This document shows positions 11,881-26,434 of a stretch of 64,000 nucleotides of DNA, piece after piece (within the stretch, counting starts at the first letter, position 1; each line of letters starts with the position of its first letter). The notes under the pieces are model-generated. The model did not search any database. It was not told the DNA's origin and worked only from the letters and a program-made list of their open reading frames with translations. The position numbers were made by a program, and so were the translations under genes. Source of the stretch: Eledone cirrhosa (lineage: Eukaryota); the NCBI GenBank assembly GCA_964016885.1, contig OZ024741.1, positions 31,124,001-31,188,000 on the forward strand. The letters run 5' to 3'.

Positions 11881-13426
11881 ATTATTATTATGATTTCTGC
11901 GATTATAATTAATATTATTTTTTCTACATAGTCAATATTATTTTTATATCCTGCTTTATGTAACGCTTCATTATAATATACAGCTTTACTATTAAATATG
12001 GATCTATTAGCGGATAGTCTGGATATTCGTTGTTGGACACTGTTGACTATTGCATTTTTATCACTTTTAGGGTGATTAAAGTAAAAACTAACATAATTTA
12101 AGTTTTCATTGAGTTTATGGAAAGGGTAATAGAGGTCTGAGTTCAAATTAAGAGTTACATCTAAAAAATTAACTATTTTATTGTTATTTTCTACTTCTAA
12201 TTTCAGGTCATAATTTTTAAATAATTCGATAATTATTTTCTTTACTCTATTTAATTCGCTATTATTATGTCTATCTACAATAAATAATATGGTAATCTCC
12301 GGCAGTTTTCTATTTATCATATTAAGGATGAAAATTCCCACAAGATCGGTAACTTGCGCCGAATCAGACGAGCCCATAGTAATGTCAAAGTTCTTCTGCC
12401 TATCAGATCTAGTCCAAAAATGATTGTTAAAATCAATCAAGGTTCGCCATGCCCTTAATATGATATTTATCTCGACACTAGATAGATCTGTATGATTATA
12501 TGCATATGAAAACGCCTTATTTAGTAAGTTAGGAGTTATTGAGGAATAATAACTCGCTATGTCCATTTGAATTTTCTTATTTTTGATATTATTGTATCAA
12601 TCCATGACTTCATTAGTGCCCTTCCATAGGTTAAGCCTTGACCTCAATTTTAACATTGGGAAAGTCCTATCTATTATGTTTTTACTAATTATTCCAAGAT
12701 CTGATTTCGAAGGTGCAATAAGTCTAACAGGTAAGTCCTCTTCAAAATTTCTTTTATGGTTTTTAAAATTTATCCGCAGTTTGAAAGGTATGGTCTTCCG
12801 TTCTAATCCAAGATTGGTGATAATTTCAAATGCATCATTATTAATGTCCAATGAATCCTCCTTCGGAGCCTTTCTGTAATTTTTTCTCAATTCATTTAAA
12901 ATTAAGTCATTATATTTTCCCATATAGGTTGTTGTTTTTTTATTGTTTTATTTTTATTTTTGATATAATATATAAGTATAATTAGCTTAAACATAACCAA
13001 AATACAAAAGATATTAAAAATTTCATGTTATCTAATTGGTTGCCTCAATTTGACTTAATATTTGAAAACAACGGTCTCTATACATATTCACATCATTTCT
13101 TTCTTCCTTTCTTTCCTTTTTGTCGTTATTTCTTATTTCTTATTCTCTCTTCTCTCTCTCTTCCTTTCTCTTTTTATATACTTATTCCCCAATACTTCTA
13201 TTTACTCATTTTAATATTTATGTATGTGTTTATTTATTTTCTTCTTGCATTTCCCCATATTCACCCCCTGAATATATCCATATCTCGCTCCACATCCTCT
13301 TCTTCTTAAAATGTAAGTGTATCATGTTATTATTTGAGGTATATAATGTTGAGATTTGTTGTAATACTGGAATACTGGAATTGAACTATCAAGACAGTTG
13401 AGGTATGTCATACATCAATTCATGTA

Positions 13427-13488
13427 TTTTATCTGACGAGCACGTACTGAAAAAACAGCACAGTACCTTCGAAATATATATAATAAAA
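13427..13488 (+). ncRNA. Type I hammerhead ribozyme motif in right PLE arm
   Basis: Mirror copy of 9542-9603; CTGACGA 13433-13439, GAAA 13471-13474. Confidence 0.8.
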
Positions 13489-13669
13489 CATATATTTTGA
13501 GTATGTGAATGTCTTCATTTATTATTATTCTGAATAATAATAACTCCAGAAAACTTTACTGTAAAGTGCTTTTAATCTATTGCAAAATTATATTCATTGA
13601 GTAATCAATGAACCATATTAATCTTTAGTTATATATATATATATATGTGTGTGTGTGTGAGGAGGGTGC

Positions 13670-13746
<77 letters not shown>

Positions 13747-14136
13747 TGTGTGTGTGTGTATCTGTGTGTGTGTGTATACATAAATACATAAACGGAGAGA
13801 GCTATTAGCGATACTCCGACCAATTTCCAACTCACTCAAAAAACATTAGGAAATACCGGAGTATATACCCAATTAAACGTTTCGGGTGCTAACTATATTG
13901 TATTGTGTGGATAATTGGCCGTATTATTTTATATGAGATATATTAAAGATCTCATTCGCCAAACGAATCGTTTCGTTATAAGATTTCTACATGGTGGGTG
14001 AAATTATATCAAGTTATGTAGAAGCTTGTGTAAGATCAATGGATTCTTATTCAAGTGGGCTCTTATAAATCTTCAGTGGGTGCCCTATAATATTAATATT
14101 AATAACCAAATCAATATATATATATGTATATATATA

Positions 14137-15787
<1,651 letters not shown>

Positions 15788-16224
15788 AAATTTAAATTAA
15801 ATTAAGGGTGCCATGTCAGAGAGACATGCGCCATATCCACTGTAAAATATGCTCCAAGATTCCAATGAATAGATCCGAGCATTTTATATTAACTAGAAAT
15901 TGATTGACATATATATATATATATCTAAAATAAACATATGAAACAATCACAGTGGATAATCTGGAAAAATGTGTAGGCTCACACCGCTAGGTAGGTAACT
16001 AATTAAAGTTTAACTAGAGCTTCACAAATAGATACCTTATAAATTGATTAACCTTCCTTGTATATATTTCACCAATTAATCGATTGGTAAACGACAGTAG
16101 CCAAATCCTCGATTTTCAACAAGGAAGAAGACTTAACTATCTGTGTTTACACATCAAATCCAAATTTGTGACTAACTATTAGCACGTGTTTTTAATACAA
16201 ATACACACACCACACCTCCTTCGT

Positions 16225-16288
<64 letters not shown>

Positions 16289-16291
<3 letters not shown>

Positions 16292-16415
16292 ATAATAATA
16301 AATTTGAAGACTAAAATCCAAAGAGGGCTCGATAAGGATAAATATATATCAAATATATAAGAATATTAAGCAGCGATTCATTTTTTAACTTTAATCTGTT
16401 ATTTTAATAAATATA
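16289..16415. mobile_element. Family B remnant: inverted tail joined to forward arm end
   Basis: 16289-16366 is the reverse complement of ~49082-49158; 16369-16413 matches 49023-49070. Confidence 0.75.
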
Positions 16416-16428
16416 TATATATATATAT

Positions 16429-17708
16429 ATGAAAGACGTAAAATAAGAAAATTATAAAAATTAACTTACTAAAATTTCACTCCAGCTAATTGGTTTATGA
16501 AAGGGAATAAACATGGTTTCCGAATGGAACATGGAGAATACCTTTCGTCATCAGGAAGTCAATTCTCAGCTAAGTTTCCAAGCGATGCGTGGACACAGGG
16601 AACTTATACAAAAATAATTCAGTGGATAGAAAAAAGCAAGCGAGGACTAAATTCCAGGACATTGAAAAAATCACTGCCTACTTGGTCGGTGGCAAATTCA
16701 AAAGAATCAATCACGTGACATCGAGGTTAATCAGTGATGAGTGGGTGTTAATAAGACAGTAGCCGGACTATTACTATGAACTATAGTAGTAGTTTTGGCA
16801 AATTTTTGCTCAACAAAATAATTTGGAGATAATTATAAAGAATTAGTATATCTACCAACATATATATACAGATGCATACCTATGCTAGCAAATATATAGG
16901 TTTTGTCTTAGTAACTTTGGGGTTCAATGCAAGGGTGCAAGGGGACGCAGAACAATTATATGAAATACGTAAAATAAGAAAATTATAAAAATTAACTTAC
17001 TTACTAAAATTTCACTCCAACTAATTAGTTTCTGAAAGTTAATTTTTATAATTTTCTTAATTTACGTCTTTCATATAATTGTTCTGCATCCCCTTGCATT
17101 GAAGCACACATTTACTAAGACAAAACCTATATATTTGCTAGCATAGGTATGCATCTGTATATATATGTTGGTAGATATACTAATTCTTTATAATTACCTC
17201 CAAATTATTTTGTTGAGCAAAAATGTGCCAAAACTACTACTATAGTTCATAGTAATAGTCCGGCTACTATCTTATTGGCACCCCACTCCTCACTGATTAA
17301 CCGCGATGTCACGTGATTGATTCTTTTGAATTTGCCACCGACCAAGTAGGCAGTGATTTTTTCAATGTCCTGGAATTTAGTCCTCGCTTGCTTTTTTCCA
17401 TCCACTGAATTATTTTTGTATAAGTTCCTTGTGTCCACGCATCACCTGGGAACTTAGCTGAGAATTGTCTTCCTGATGACGAAAGGTATTCTCCATGTTC
17501 CATTCGGAAAACATGTTTATTCCTTTCATAAACTAATTAGTTGGAGTGAAATTTTAGTAAGTTAATTTTTATAATTTTCTTATTTTACATCTTTCATATA
17601 ATTGTTCTGCATCCCCTTGCATTGAACCACAAAGTTACTAAGACAAAATCTATATATTTGCTAGCATAGGAATGCATCTGTATATATATGTTGGTAGATA
17701 TACTAATT

Positions 17709-17713
<5 letters not shown>
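16429..17713. mobile_element. Non-coding fold-back element (family F), both arms partial tandems of a ~523 bp unit
   Basis: Left period 531 bp (16438/16969, includes 8-bp duplication), right period 523 bp (17038/17561); HHR-like CTGATGA-CGAA...TTCG-GAAA-ACATGT-TT at 17473-17518, mirror near 16510-16554. Confidence 0.8.
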
Positions 17714-17803
<90 letters not shown>

Positions 17804-18265
17804 AATATTTATATATAAATAAATATATATAAGCATATATTTGGATTTATTAATAATTGTTTCTACTTTTGGCACATGGCCAGCAAATCACCAGTGTCTT
17901 ACTGGTACATTATTCTATCGATACTGCCAATTCACTGATGTTACAAAAATTGCGTTTACTATTAAATGTATTTTTGCTTGCATTTATTACGCTGATCTGT
18001 TCTGCTACGTTCTAACTTCTACCTTGCAAAAGAAGGAACTAAACAAACATAATTCCTTTCTTCGGAGATTGAGCTCATTACACTCGAGGCCATTTAAAAT
18101 TTACATTCTATAACCAGCATTTCTACTACTCGACATATTTTGAATTTGTTTGATCTTACGTGTATCATTTACGTACGGATTTATTTAGATATATCATATA
18201 CTTAGATACCGGGTACGGTTATTCTATCAATTATCAAAAACTAACTGCAGTACTGCAGTATCACT

Positions 18266-18428
18266 AGAGGGTCTGACGCCATGCTTTGCAGCAAAGAGTT
18301 ACAGATGTTTATGGTTCAAATCTCGCCGAAGTTAACTTTGCCTTTCATCCTTACGGGGTCGATAAAATATAGTACCAGTAATACACTGGGTAATTGTTGG
18401 CCTTGTGCTAAATGTAGAAACAATTATC
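18266..18428 (+). mobile_element. SINE, 5'-truncated
   Basis: GTTCAAATC B-box-like, TTTCATCCTTACGGGGTCGATAAAAT core, GTAGAAACAATTAT end. Confidence 0.85.
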
Positions 18429-18530
18429 ATTTATTTATTTCATTTCCATATTTTCCTCTATAAATAAGTAATTAAATCTAGATATGTGTGTGCGTATGTA
18501 TGAGTATATTTATATATATATATATATACA

Positions 18531-18604
<74 letters not shown>

Positions 18605-19226
18605 GCACACACACATATACACTTAAAACATCTTTTAAAAAAACGCATGAAAACATTACACAACAAAGGGAAACCTTATTTCAATTTCATCTGTACCTTT
18701 AAGCATATCTTTCTATGAGATACTTTCATCTAATTTATTTTAAATTTTGTAGTGTGTATGCAGATAGATATATTTATACTGTTATATCTATCTTAACTGT
18801 AACATTAAAAATCTCTTTCATGTGATATGTATTTACCTTAATTTTTTCCGACATATTTTAATCGGTATGGTGCGGTATGTTCATTGAAATTTCTGATTAT
18901 CTAATTGGCATTCATATTCTTGCAACTAGGGAAACGGACGTAAAATGAATGAATTAATTTATCCCACATTCTTCTTTGTTTCAATATTATTTAGATTCCT
19001 TATGTTCTGGGAAGATACATTCATTCAATTTATTGGACTTTCCTTTGTGGATTATTCCTCGGATATATTTCCTCTTATAATTGCTCATTATATAAACACA
19101 TTGAGATTTAAATCCTCTTGTTATATCATTGTCAGTTTGATATACCTACTTGTCAAACATGTATGTATATATCTGTCAGTGTGTATTGAGAATACTGAAA
19201 TAAGGCTTAATGATGTCCCTACACTC

Positions 19227-19300
<74 letters not shown>

Positions 19301-19304
19301 ATAT

Positions 19305-19983
19305 AAATTAATAAAAACAATGAAATAAAAACAAAGAACAGGTTCCTTATATTGAAAAATTCATCATTTTACGATCCTTTCTGGGATATATATGTGTGTG
19401 TTGGTATGTATATCATGTTAAAGATCTATGTAAAAATATATTACAAATTATTAGAGGAGATATATATACCTTCACTTATATATGCCATCTTCAGAAATGA
19501 TGAAGTATGTTTATTATAAGAAACAAAGAATTAATACAAAAAGTCTGTTTGGGAACAGCTTTTGAATTGACCAATAGAAAAGAGTTAGATGTCAAGTTGA
19601 TAGAATAACAGTAGTAGAATGTTATGCTAGGAGTGGAGGAGTGTAAATTTATGCTTTGAATGAAAAGAATACAGTGGGGATATATATCTGCTCTGATAAT
19701 TTGTAATATATTTTTACATAGATCTTTAACATGACATACATACCAACACACACATATATATCCCAGAAACGGTCGTAAAATGATGATTTTTTTGAATATA
19801 AGGAACCTGTTCTTTGTTTTTATTTCAATGTTTTTATTAATTTGTCTTGACTCTGTTTTCCTATGATTTTTATCGATAAATTTTGAATGCATTTTCTCAT
19901 TTCATGATATCTTCTATATTTGGATTACATTGAGTTCTTCATACGGATTGGACACTACCGTTTATTTGGGTAGATTTATCTAC
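19305..19983. mobile_element. Fold-back element (family G), ~163 bp arms plus tail
   Basis: 19305-19467 is the reverse complement of 19680-19843; ~140 bp tail to (TA)n; no canonical HHR core found. Confidence 0.75.
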
Positions 19984-20000
19984 ATATATATATATATATA

Positions 20001-20300
20001 AGATACGTAAGATAGGAAAATTATAAAATTAACTTACTTACTAAAATATCACTTCCAACTAATTAGTTTCTGGAATGGAGTAGATACATCTTCCGAAGAA
20101 GGTGTACAGAAACATCCCGTCATCAGGAAAGTCTATTCTCATATAAGTTTCCAGACAAAGCGAGGACTCTGGAAACTTATTAAAAAATAAATCAGTGAAT
20201 AGGAAATAGCAAAGCGTGGACTTACTTGAGAAAATCACTGCCTCTGTGTCTGTGGCAAATTCAAAAAGATTCGAACACGTGACATCAAGGTCAGTCGATG
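20001..20300 (-). mobile_element. Diverged single-arm relative of family F
   Basis: Collinear similarity to 16431-16740 including GTCATCAGGAA core and GTGGCAAATTCAAAA. Confidence 0.75.
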
Positions 20301-20451
20301 TGTAAAGCAAATGTCTGTTCTTCTTTGTAGATCTATCAAATACTTTAAGTAATTTTGTAGGAAGTCAATTTTAGCTAATTTTGCCACCTTAGTATAAAGA
20401 ATCCGAAAAGGAACGTTCACTTTTACCTCTTTTATTGTGGCAAGCTCAATG

Positions 20452-20666
20452 ATGGTGGATTGGTAGTTTCGGTAGAGCGATGGAGAAATTGCTTTGTGTC
20501 ATTGAGCTACGGCTTGTTATGTTCTGAATTGAAATCCCGTCGTGGTTAGCTTTTCATCCTTACAAGGTAGATGAATACAGCACCAGCAACATACTAGTGT
20601 CGATTTAGTCGACTTTCGCCTCCCCCTTGTGCCTTGCTGGCTTTGAGCGTCAATTAGAAACAATTA
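20452..20666 (+). mobile_element. SINE, diverged long variant
   Basis: GGTGGATTGGTAG head, TTTTCATCCTTAC core, TTAGAAACAATTAT end. Confidence 0.8.
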
Positions 20667-21823
20667 TGTAACAAGCTCACAGAATTATTTCTATTCAATA
20701 TTTTTTCGAACAAATTATTTTCCTTTTTTATAAACTTTGCATCAATTCACTTGTTTCCTTAGCATATTTATCCACGGCATTAAAACTATTTTAATCACCG
20801 TCTAATTGTGGTATCGTCAAAACCACTTCCATCCATTAAGAGGTGTACTAAGTCTTCAATGCAAGATATTATGCATCTTCTTTTTCTCAAGAAGTTGAAC
20901 AAGTTAATGTATTTCATTTTTACAGAAATTTGATTTAATCCCAAAACCAAAACAATATAAATAAATGCAAGTATGTATACGTGCATACATATATGTATAC
21001 AGACGTACAGTAGTATATATATACATACATACATGCACACATATATATATGTACTTATGTGTTTACCGAACATTTATTATAATGCTCGGTTTGTTTGTAA
21101 ACAAACAGCCCGAATTATTAGCCGTACAGCGTTCGGCAACCATCGTTGCCATTTTGTTCAACATTGACAAAGGAACGATGAACGAGTTTCTAGCTTATTA
21201 GCTGTCATCGGCACCGTATACCTTCCTGTCAGTCGATTGAACGTTTGAAAGTATATACTTTCCTTATGCATATTAACGGCTGAGCAGCCTAATTTGCATA
21301 TCGAGTGAGTTAGTCGGCCGTCAGAGGAGCTGGTGCGAGGAACATAATGTCAGCAAATCGCAATTCACACAAGGTATTAGGATACGATGTAATATCATTT
21401 GAGCTGCAGCATCTAGCACTTGTTCGTTACAAGCTTATAAAATATCAACAACTATAATTCAAGCAGATGCACAACACGTAGTAGGTCAGTCGTGCTTGTG
21501 TTATTGAAGATGCAGATTATATTAATGATAGTACGAAACTCTCTTATTTCATGTCCACTAAATCAACAGAGATTGCAGATTGCTGATTGATCATATTTCT
21601 GATATGTGAGCTCTCCGAAAGAGAAGGTCGTACAAAAATTGACCATTGTGCGAGAACATGATGGCAGAAAATTAATTTTAAAAAACTGAATATAAACCAA
21701 ACCTCTACGCGAGGTTACTTATGAATGACATAATTGTAATTGAATTAAATATGAAACACTATGGATATAATAGTAGTTATGATCAGGATGAAAGCAAAAA
21801 AACATGGAATATATATGTATGTA

Positions 21824-21858
<35 letters not shown>

Positions 21859-21867
<9 letters not shown>

Positions 21868-22221
21868 AGAAAACGAAAAATCAGTGATGCATCTGGACTT
21901 AGTTTATTCCGTGTTACTAATGTTACGCCGCCATGTAGCTCGAGTCATGGTCCTTTTATGGATCTGGCTGATTCTACTTCTGCAGGTTCTTTCAGACACG
22001 GGTGTTACGTCCGGAGCAAATTTTATCAAATCATCCACATCCATACAAGCACCATGACTCGAGCTACATGCCGGCGAAACATTTGTAACACGAAATAAAC
22101 TAAGTCCAGATGCATCACTGATTTTTCGTTCTCTTTATAATATCTACACTCTACTCTGATGAATATTATGTGCTAATTTTGGCATACTGCCTATGGAAGC
22201 ACCATAGCTACCACTATACAC

Positions 22222-22225
<4 letters not shown>
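21859..22225. mobile_element. Fold-back element (family H), ~115 bp arms plus ~80 bp tail
   Basis: 21859-21973 is the reverse complement of 22029-22143; (TA)n both sides; only the GGC-GAAA-CATTTG-TA half of an HHR core is visible. Confidence 0.75.
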
Positions 22226-22306
<81 letters not shown>

Positions 22307-22349
22307 CATACATATATATATATATATGTATATATATATACAAACACAC

Positions 22350-22459
<110 letters not shown>

Positions 22460-22512
22460 TCATTAAAACAACAACAGAAAGCCAGACTGGAAAATTTACT
22501 TTAGAAAGCACT

Positions 22513-22548
22513 AAACATATTTCGGTGGCCCAGCTCCATCATCGGATT
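22513..22548 (-). ncRNA. Hammerhead-like motif, CCGAUGA core variant
   Basis: Minus strand CCGATGA-tggagctgggccacc-GAAA-TATG-TT; ~55 nt from (TA)n. Confidence 0.4.
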
Positions 22549-22996
22549 ATGATGCAAGACAAGACGATTTCATCAGGTGTTATTTGCAGGATTATGTAAC
22601 AGGATTACTTTGAACCTAAACATAGTATAGAATGTAGGATATCGAAAAAAGATACAAGTTAGAGAATAGAAAATAGTGGACAATTTCGATTCGGGGACAA
22701 TCTACTGATTTGGGGTTATAACTACACCAACCAGCAGTTCCACCAATTCTAAAATTAAAATTGACGCCTTGGTTGAGTGGTAGATATGCTGGTTATAGAA
22801 GTGTATACTTTAAATGGTTTGGTGGGCAAAGAGATGAATCCCCAAACAAGGAAATAAATTATATTCGTTTTAGTCCCTCCTTTTATAAGGTAGAATTTAG
22901 AACGTAGTAAAACAGATCTGAGTAATAAATGCAAGCATAAATACATTTAATAGTAAACGTGATCTTTGTTACTTCATAAGTAAATCCACTTATATG

Positions 22997-23075
<79 letters not shown>

Positions 23076-23459
23076 ATATATATATATATATATAAACGTA
23101 AAAACCCTGCCGCAACGCCAGGTGGTTTCGACTTGAGTTAAGCAAGAGTTAAATATTTCTTTGTTGATATTTACAAACAGTTATAGACATGAAATAGGAA
23201 AGAATGAGTTATTATAATTGACATGTGGAAAATGTGTACACGGCTGTCAGCTGTTTACTTGCAAATGTTAAACTAGCTAATCGACAACACATTTACTTTA
23301 TTATGTTAACTAGTAGAACCCCCCTCCTCCACGAGCGGATTTTTGCAAGCATATGTAGTGTGCATATTGGTATTATACGCAACTATATATATATATGTAA
23401 ATTGAAAAGTAAATTGACAATATCTTCTTCGCCCACTTATTTCTGAGAGAGTCTTGGGT

Positions 23460-23690
23460 TCGCGCTGACAGAACACGGTATTTTACGATTTTGTTCAGTT
23501 CAGCTGCGAATGCTGTAGCTCTCGCCCTTACCGTTGCATCCAGGATGTGGGACGAAGCAAAAGAGTCACTAACTGTGACGCCCCAGAGTAAGACCGTCAA
23601 GTCTGGACAATTCTGGAAAACCCAGACGGTTCCAAAATTGAAGGGATGTTTGCCCAGGCCAAAAATCTTGAGTGGTAATAGGACAGCGTG
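23460..23690 (-). pseudogene. Restriction-like endonuclease fragment of a non-LTR retrotransposon (CRE-like)
   Basis: CPDLTVLLWGVTVSDSFASSHILDATVRARATAFAAELNKIVKYRVL resembles the PD..W.VT..D...S...AE..K..KY pattern. Confidence 0.6.
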
Positions 23691-23874
23691 TGTATGTACG
23701 CGCGCGTGATTTTGTCGGATTTTCAAATTAGAGACATATGGGTGTGTCACTGTTTTTAAGTTAGAGACATGTATGTGTGTATCCCTTTCCTTCCTTTTAC
23801 ACACACATACATTCACACGAACACACATACACATTGCATGATGGACAGGTAGACAGAAGTCCCTCAAATGTATG

Positions 23875-24518
23875 TACATGTGAATGGAGTTCTAACGAAG
23901 CAGTTAGAGAAGTTCAAGTATCTTGAAGCCGTGTTCACGAGTGATGGAACGCAGGAGGCTTAATTAAGTGCAAGTATTGCAAAAGCTGATGCTGTAATGT
24001 GCCAGCCTTAGCATTCAGCAACCAGAAGAAAGGGGTAGGTGAAAAGCCAAACTCCTGGTATTCCTGCCAACTCTTACCGAGGATCATGAATCTTGAGTAA
24101 TGACCAAAAGAATACAATTGCAAATAAAAGCGGCAGAAATGGGATTCCTCCGAAGGGTCTTTGGAGTAACTTTACTTGATAAAGTGCATAGCTCAGAGAC
24201 CAGAGAGTCACTCCTGGTAGAGCCGCTACTTCTCCGAATTGAGAGATCACAACTCCGATATTAGGAGCATGTGGCTAGAATGTCTCAGTAAAGAATCGCT
24301 GGACACATTTTACAGGCAAAACCAACCGGCAAGAGACCTAGAGGTAGACCCTCCTGAGTAAGATAGTTGGATAACATTCATGAGCTTGGCTGGTCACGCT
24401 TTGGGATCCAGCTGGATCAGTTAGAGATGTTTGCTTCAGACAGACTCGCTGGAAGGAGTGTTGGAGAAGGACTCTGCCCCCACGACCCTCTCAGAAATAC
24501 GTGGGCGAAGAAGAAGAA
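23875..24518 (+). mobile_element. Degenerate 3' part of RTE-type LINE
   Basis: EKFKYL-like, AAEMGFLRRVFGVTLLDKVHSSETRE, KPTGKRPRGRP; ends in GAAGAAGAAGAA. Confidence 0.75.
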
Positions 24519-25162
24519 TATATTGTCAATCTACTTTTCAATTTACATATATATTTGCGTATAATACCAATATGCGCACTACATATGTTAGCAGAAAACC
24601 GCTCGCGGGCGGTTTTCCTGCTAGTGAGTTTAAAAGAAAGTGTTAAACTGCGTTGTTAATAAATAAATGAAACGTTGTTTTACCCTCCCATTTCCAATTC
24701 ACCAAACGCTATCATGACTGTATGTGTGTGTTTGTGTGAATGTGTGAATGTGTGCTTGTGTAAATGTATATGTGTGAAAGTATGAGTATTTGTGTGAACG
24801 TATCTCCGTGAGCGTGCATTTGTATAAGTTTGTGTTTGCGTGATTATAGTTATATACTCATAATAGCTATATACTCATACATATAGATGTATGTATGTGC
24901 ACATACATACACATACGCGTCAACGTGTAGAAAACCATAATCACTCTACCAGTATCTCTCTCATCACACACTCTCTCTTTCTATATATATGGTAGTTGAA
25001 GTGGTGCTTTTTGGCGACGATATACCGGAAGTGTAGAAATTTGAAACTTTGAAAAGAAGTTAAATTTTAAATAAACAATAATATTATTTATATTAAATTT
25101 AAGAAAAATTTACGAAATTTAGTACATAAATTGTGTAATATTCATTCATTATTTATTCAAAG

Positions 25163-25356
25163 TGGCGGTGGATTGGCAGTATCGATAGAGGGTCGGACGC
25201 CATACTTTGATGCATTGAGTTACGGCCCTCACCATTCTGAGTTCAAATCCCGTCGAGGTTAACTATGCTTTTCATCCTTACGGGGTCGAGTAAATCAAGT
25301 ACCAGTAATGTACTGGGTAATTTGCTGTCTTTGTACCAAAAGTAGAAACAATTATT
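25163..25356 (+). mobile_element. SINE, full length
   Basis: GGCGGTGGATTGGCAG...AAAAGTAGAAACA; flanking repeat ATTATTTATTCAAAGT on both sides. Confidence 0.9.
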
Positions 25357-26377
25357 TATTCAAAGTAATCCAACTTATTTTACTAACTGGATTAAAAGAA
25401 ATAAACCGTACGCAGTCCCGCACTCCTTTCTTTATTATAGTTTAGATCAGTAGATATATTTATTGGGTTATTACTACGGTTTTAGGTATGTGGCAAATAT
25501 TGTATAGATAGCGACATCGTTGGCATGTTAAATTTTCTGTTTTTCTATATTTGAAGACTACATTAACAGATGTGATAATTCTGTATTTAGTCTATGAGTA
25601 TTACATCTAAGGTGGATGAAAAACAGTTCTGAATATGTATACAGAATGTTATACGAAGAACAGAATTTAAAATCGATGGAAGATAAACCTTAGTCAAAGC
25701 CGCCGTCTCTATATACGTTTGGCTAGTTAACGTTTTCCAACATAGCTCAGCAATTCTGAGAGGAATGAAAGCCGATTAATCGATCCAGTACTTAACTGGT
25801 AATTTATTTTGTCGACCCTGCAAGGATGATAAGGAAAACTGAGTAAAATCTGAACTGGAGGAATTATTAAGTGACGTTATGCAATGTGATGCTGAGAGGA
25901 TATGGCGGGGTGTTAAAATGTTCAATATTTCCATTATCAGAAACTAGGCTTTTTTAACTTAGTCATTATATTTCCATTATCTAGAAAAACGTTTTGATAT
26001 GTTATATGTAGCGATGCTAGAAATACGTATATATTTTGATTTTCTTCACGTTACTAAATATTGTATTGTCAGCAAAAATGTGTGTTCTTGAATTGTTAAA
26101 ATCTTACCATCACATAGGTCTAGCATTGGAAGTGGTATGTGTGTTTGCTTTAGGTTTTCGATTCATTTTGAATAAAACTGGCTTCTAGTCGGAAAGTAAG
26201 AATAAGATAAAATTGGTGGGGTCAGATCATATATATGCTTGTGCATCACCCTGCCTTGTACTCACGATTATATTTCTGTATATCTGTGTAAGCATCTCTC
26301 TCTCTTTATGTACATATATATATATATAATATCAATAACATTAATAAATGGAAAATATCTTTATGAAACCATATTTA

Positions 26378-26434
26378 TTTTATTTTACATATTTCAAGGG
26401 TACCAATATTTTGGTACGCTTTCGTCAGATAAAA
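26378..26434 (-). ncRNA. Type I hammerhead motif, relative of 62429-62490 and 9542-9603
   Basis: TTTTAT-CTGACGA-AAGC-GTACCAA-aata-TTGGTAC-CCTT-GAAA-TATGTAAA-ATAAAA; U16.1 appears mutated. Confidence 0.65.

Larger units (their letters stand above)
10810..12923 (-). pseudogene. Disrupted PLE reverse transcriptase / GIY-YIG endonuclease ORF
   Basis: Fragments RLIAPSKSDLGIISK, DIASYYSSI, ITMGSSDSAQVTDLVG, VNFLDVTLNL, CNCRRKSECPLENNCL, YIGATSSKFKFRFYNYKHSF; frameshifts, two SINE insertions, catalytic YxDD missing. Confidence 0.88.
9491..13630 (-). mobile_element. Penelope-like retroelement (RT + C-terminal GIY-YIG, probably Hydra-type) with ~600 bp inverted pLTR arms
   Basis: Arms 9491-10084 and 12936-13539 are reverse complements; extra ~90 bp tail 13540-13630; (TA)n on both sides; internal RT/EN pseudogene. 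Confidence 0.88.
23310..24624. mobile_element. Composite bounded by ~150 bp inverted repeats ending in Helitron-like hairpin+CTAG
   Basis: 23310-23458 inverted against 24479-24624; right end AAAACCGC-tcgcgg-GCGGTTTT-cctg-CTAG|T. Confidence 0.65.

Noticed and set aside
9491-13539. DNA transposon with long TIRs
   Set aside because: Interior encodes RT and GIY-YIG, not a transposase; ends are asymmetric and carry HHRs.
16497-17503. Duplicated 64-73 aa ORFs MEHGEYLSSSG...
   Set aside because: Mirror copies from the inverted repeat, antisense to the HHR-like core, no recognisable domain.
25163-25260. tRNA gene
   Set aside because: A/B-box-like head continues into a multi-copy SINE body; no clean cloverleaf.
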